DNA of 64,000 bases. It comes from Bacillota bacterium (GTDB lineage Bacteria; Bacillota; DTU025; MWDF01). A program made the translations under genes and the position numbers. The notes under the pieces were generated by a model. That model was not told the origin of the DNA. It ran no database searches and saw only the letters and a program-made list of their open reading frames with translations. The stretch is from assembly GCA_029565935.1 (NCBI GenBank), contig JAKQNF010000016.1, forward strand, positions 21,889 to 85,888, read 5' to 3'. Positions 62,997-64,000 of this stretch are shown piece after piece. Each line of letters begins with the position of its first letter. Position 1 is the first letter of the stretch.

Positions 62997-64000
62997 TTGC
63001 GACCCACGAACCAGCCGGACCGCGGCGAATGGCCCGACAGATGGTCGGTGCTGCTCATTTGTTCAGCCGCCTACTTCCTTGTTAGTTTCCATAAGGTGAC
63101 CCCGGCAGTGATGGTCGATGAGCTGATGGCCGAGTTCAACGGTACACCGGCACTTATCGGCGTCCTTTCCTCGGTCTACTTCTACGCTTATATGATCATG
63201 CAGATACCGATAGGATTCATGGCCGACAGGGTAAATCCCATGCACATGATAGGATTGGGTACGCTACTGGCAGGTCTTGGGTCTGTCCTTTTCGGATTTG
63301 CGAAAGATATGTCGTTCGCCACCATAGCAAGGGCCATTACGGGCATCGGGGTGTCCGGTGTGCTGGTCCCGTCATGCAAGATGCTGGGACTTGCATTCGG
63401 TGACAGGTTCGTGTTGGCGAACGGGACGCTTATGGCAATCGGTTCACTGGGATCAATGGCCGCTGCCAGCCCATTGGCTCTGCTCATAGGAGCTTTCGGA
63501 TGGAGGTCGGCTTTCTTCCTTGCCGCAGGCGCAAGTGTAATCGTAGGATTCATCTGCTTCGTACCGAGGTTAAGCCATGGGAACGGAAGGGAAGGCGAAC
63601 CTCGCGAGGTCGCCGACATCCCTTCCTTACTGCGCTTAGTTCCTTCGGCTTTGCTTCCGGCCTTCATATCCTTCTTCAGGTACGGACCTTTTGTAGCGTA
63701 CCAGGGACTCTGGGGTGTGCCCTTCCTCATCGACGTGCACGGCATGGGCAAGGTAGGAGCAAGCGAGGTGATGATGCTTCTTTCGGTAAGCACCATAATC
63801 GCATCTATGGCTGCGGGGAGCCTCACCGGGAGGCTCAAGTTGAGGCCCAGGACAATAGACATAGCCGCTGCCTCGCTTCTGGTGTTAAGCTGGGTTCCTA
63901 TGCTATTGCCAGCTTCTAGAGGAGCTAAGACCCTGCTATACGCATCGGCCTGCATTATGGGCGGGGCGGACATAATGATATTGCTGATGACCAACAACTA
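62997..64000 (+). CDS. MFS transporter (paralog family A, copy 4), 3' end outside the window
   Basis: TTG start 7 nt after GGAGGGGGA. N-terminal motif SFHKVTPAVMVDELMAEF…SSVYFYAYMIMQIPIGFMADR nearly identical to copies 1-3. The frame stays open to the window end. The listed minus-strand ORF 63188-63997 is its antisense shadow. Confidence 0.65.
   Translation, partial: MRPTNQPDRGEWPDRWSVLLICSAAYFLVSFHKVTPAVMVDELMAEFNGTPALIGVLSSVYFYAYMIMQIPIGFMADRVNPMHMIGLGTLLAGLGSVLFGFAKDMSFATIARAITGIGVSGVLVPSCKMLGLAFGDRFVLANGTLMAIGSLGSMAAASPLALLIGAFGWRSAFFLAAGASVIVGFICFVPRLSHGNGREGEPREVADIPSLLRLVPSALLPAFISFFRYGPFVAYQGLWGVPFLIDVHGMGKVGASEVMMLLSVSTIIASMAAGSLTGRLKLRPRTIDIAAASLLVLSWVPMLLPASRGAKTLLYASACIMGGADIMILLMTNN

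Noticed and set aside
63188-63997. 269-aa minus-strand ORF at the window end
   Set aside because: Antisense shadow of the + strand MFS paralog (62997 onward), which has the conserved family N-terminus and an RBS.
1-64000. CRISPR arrays, IS elements/transposases, integrases, tRNA or rRNA genes
   Set aside because: No regularly spaced direct repeats, no transposase/integrase-like ORFs, and no tRNA-like T-arm/acceptor patterns were found on visual scan. A proper tRNA/CRISPR scan would be needed to exclude them fully.

Overview
This is a 64 kb, GC-rich (~60%) and densely coding bacterial chromosomal segment, with about 55 protein genes. Most neighbouring genes are separated by short gaps or 4-nt ATGA/TAATG overlaps. 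I saw no rRNA, tRNA, CRISPR array, IS element or integrase. The gene content points to an anaerobic, peptide- and amino-acid-fermenting organism. In order, the window holds: (1) a peptide/poly-gamma-glutamate block with C69 dipeptidase paralogs (one truncated at the window edge, one decayed fragment, two intact divergent copies), a secreted M14-like zinc hydrolase, a permease with a small secreted partner, and a pgsB-pgsC-'PGA system protein' operon ending in an unusual Gx-transporter::NusG-domain-II fusion; (2) an ABC-2 exporter, an MFS+GNAT pair, an M20 peptidase, a frameshifted acyltransferase-3-like membrane gene and a DUF1576-like membrane protein; (3) a biotin-domain-less OadA/PycB-like carboxyltransferase, an SPT/KBL-like alpha-oxoamine synthase, a rhomboid protease, and an SbcD plus membrane-anchored SbcC/YhaN-like pair; (4) two tandem MFS paralogs, with two further paralogs elsewhere in the window; (5) a hutH-hutU-hutI-cyclodeaminase histidine operon with a long-form urocanase and a His/Cys-rich N-terminal tail on HutI; (6) a GntR-linked 11-gene operon (RraA-like, Ldh_2, tungsten-type aldehyde:ferredoxin oxidoreductase, SDR, cupin, creatininase-family, DctPQM, Zn-ADH) whose substrate is unknown; (7) a sugar-acid style cluster (two TIM-barrel isomerases, TctABC, Gfo/Idh/MocA, LacI, SDR, FGGY kinase, LarA-like, Gnd); (8) a divergent XRE/Cro-like regulator pair with operator repeats and a small membrane protein. 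Several strong GC hairpins mark operon ends. A possible structured non-coding RNA lies in the 540-bp gap at 8.65-9.01 kb.
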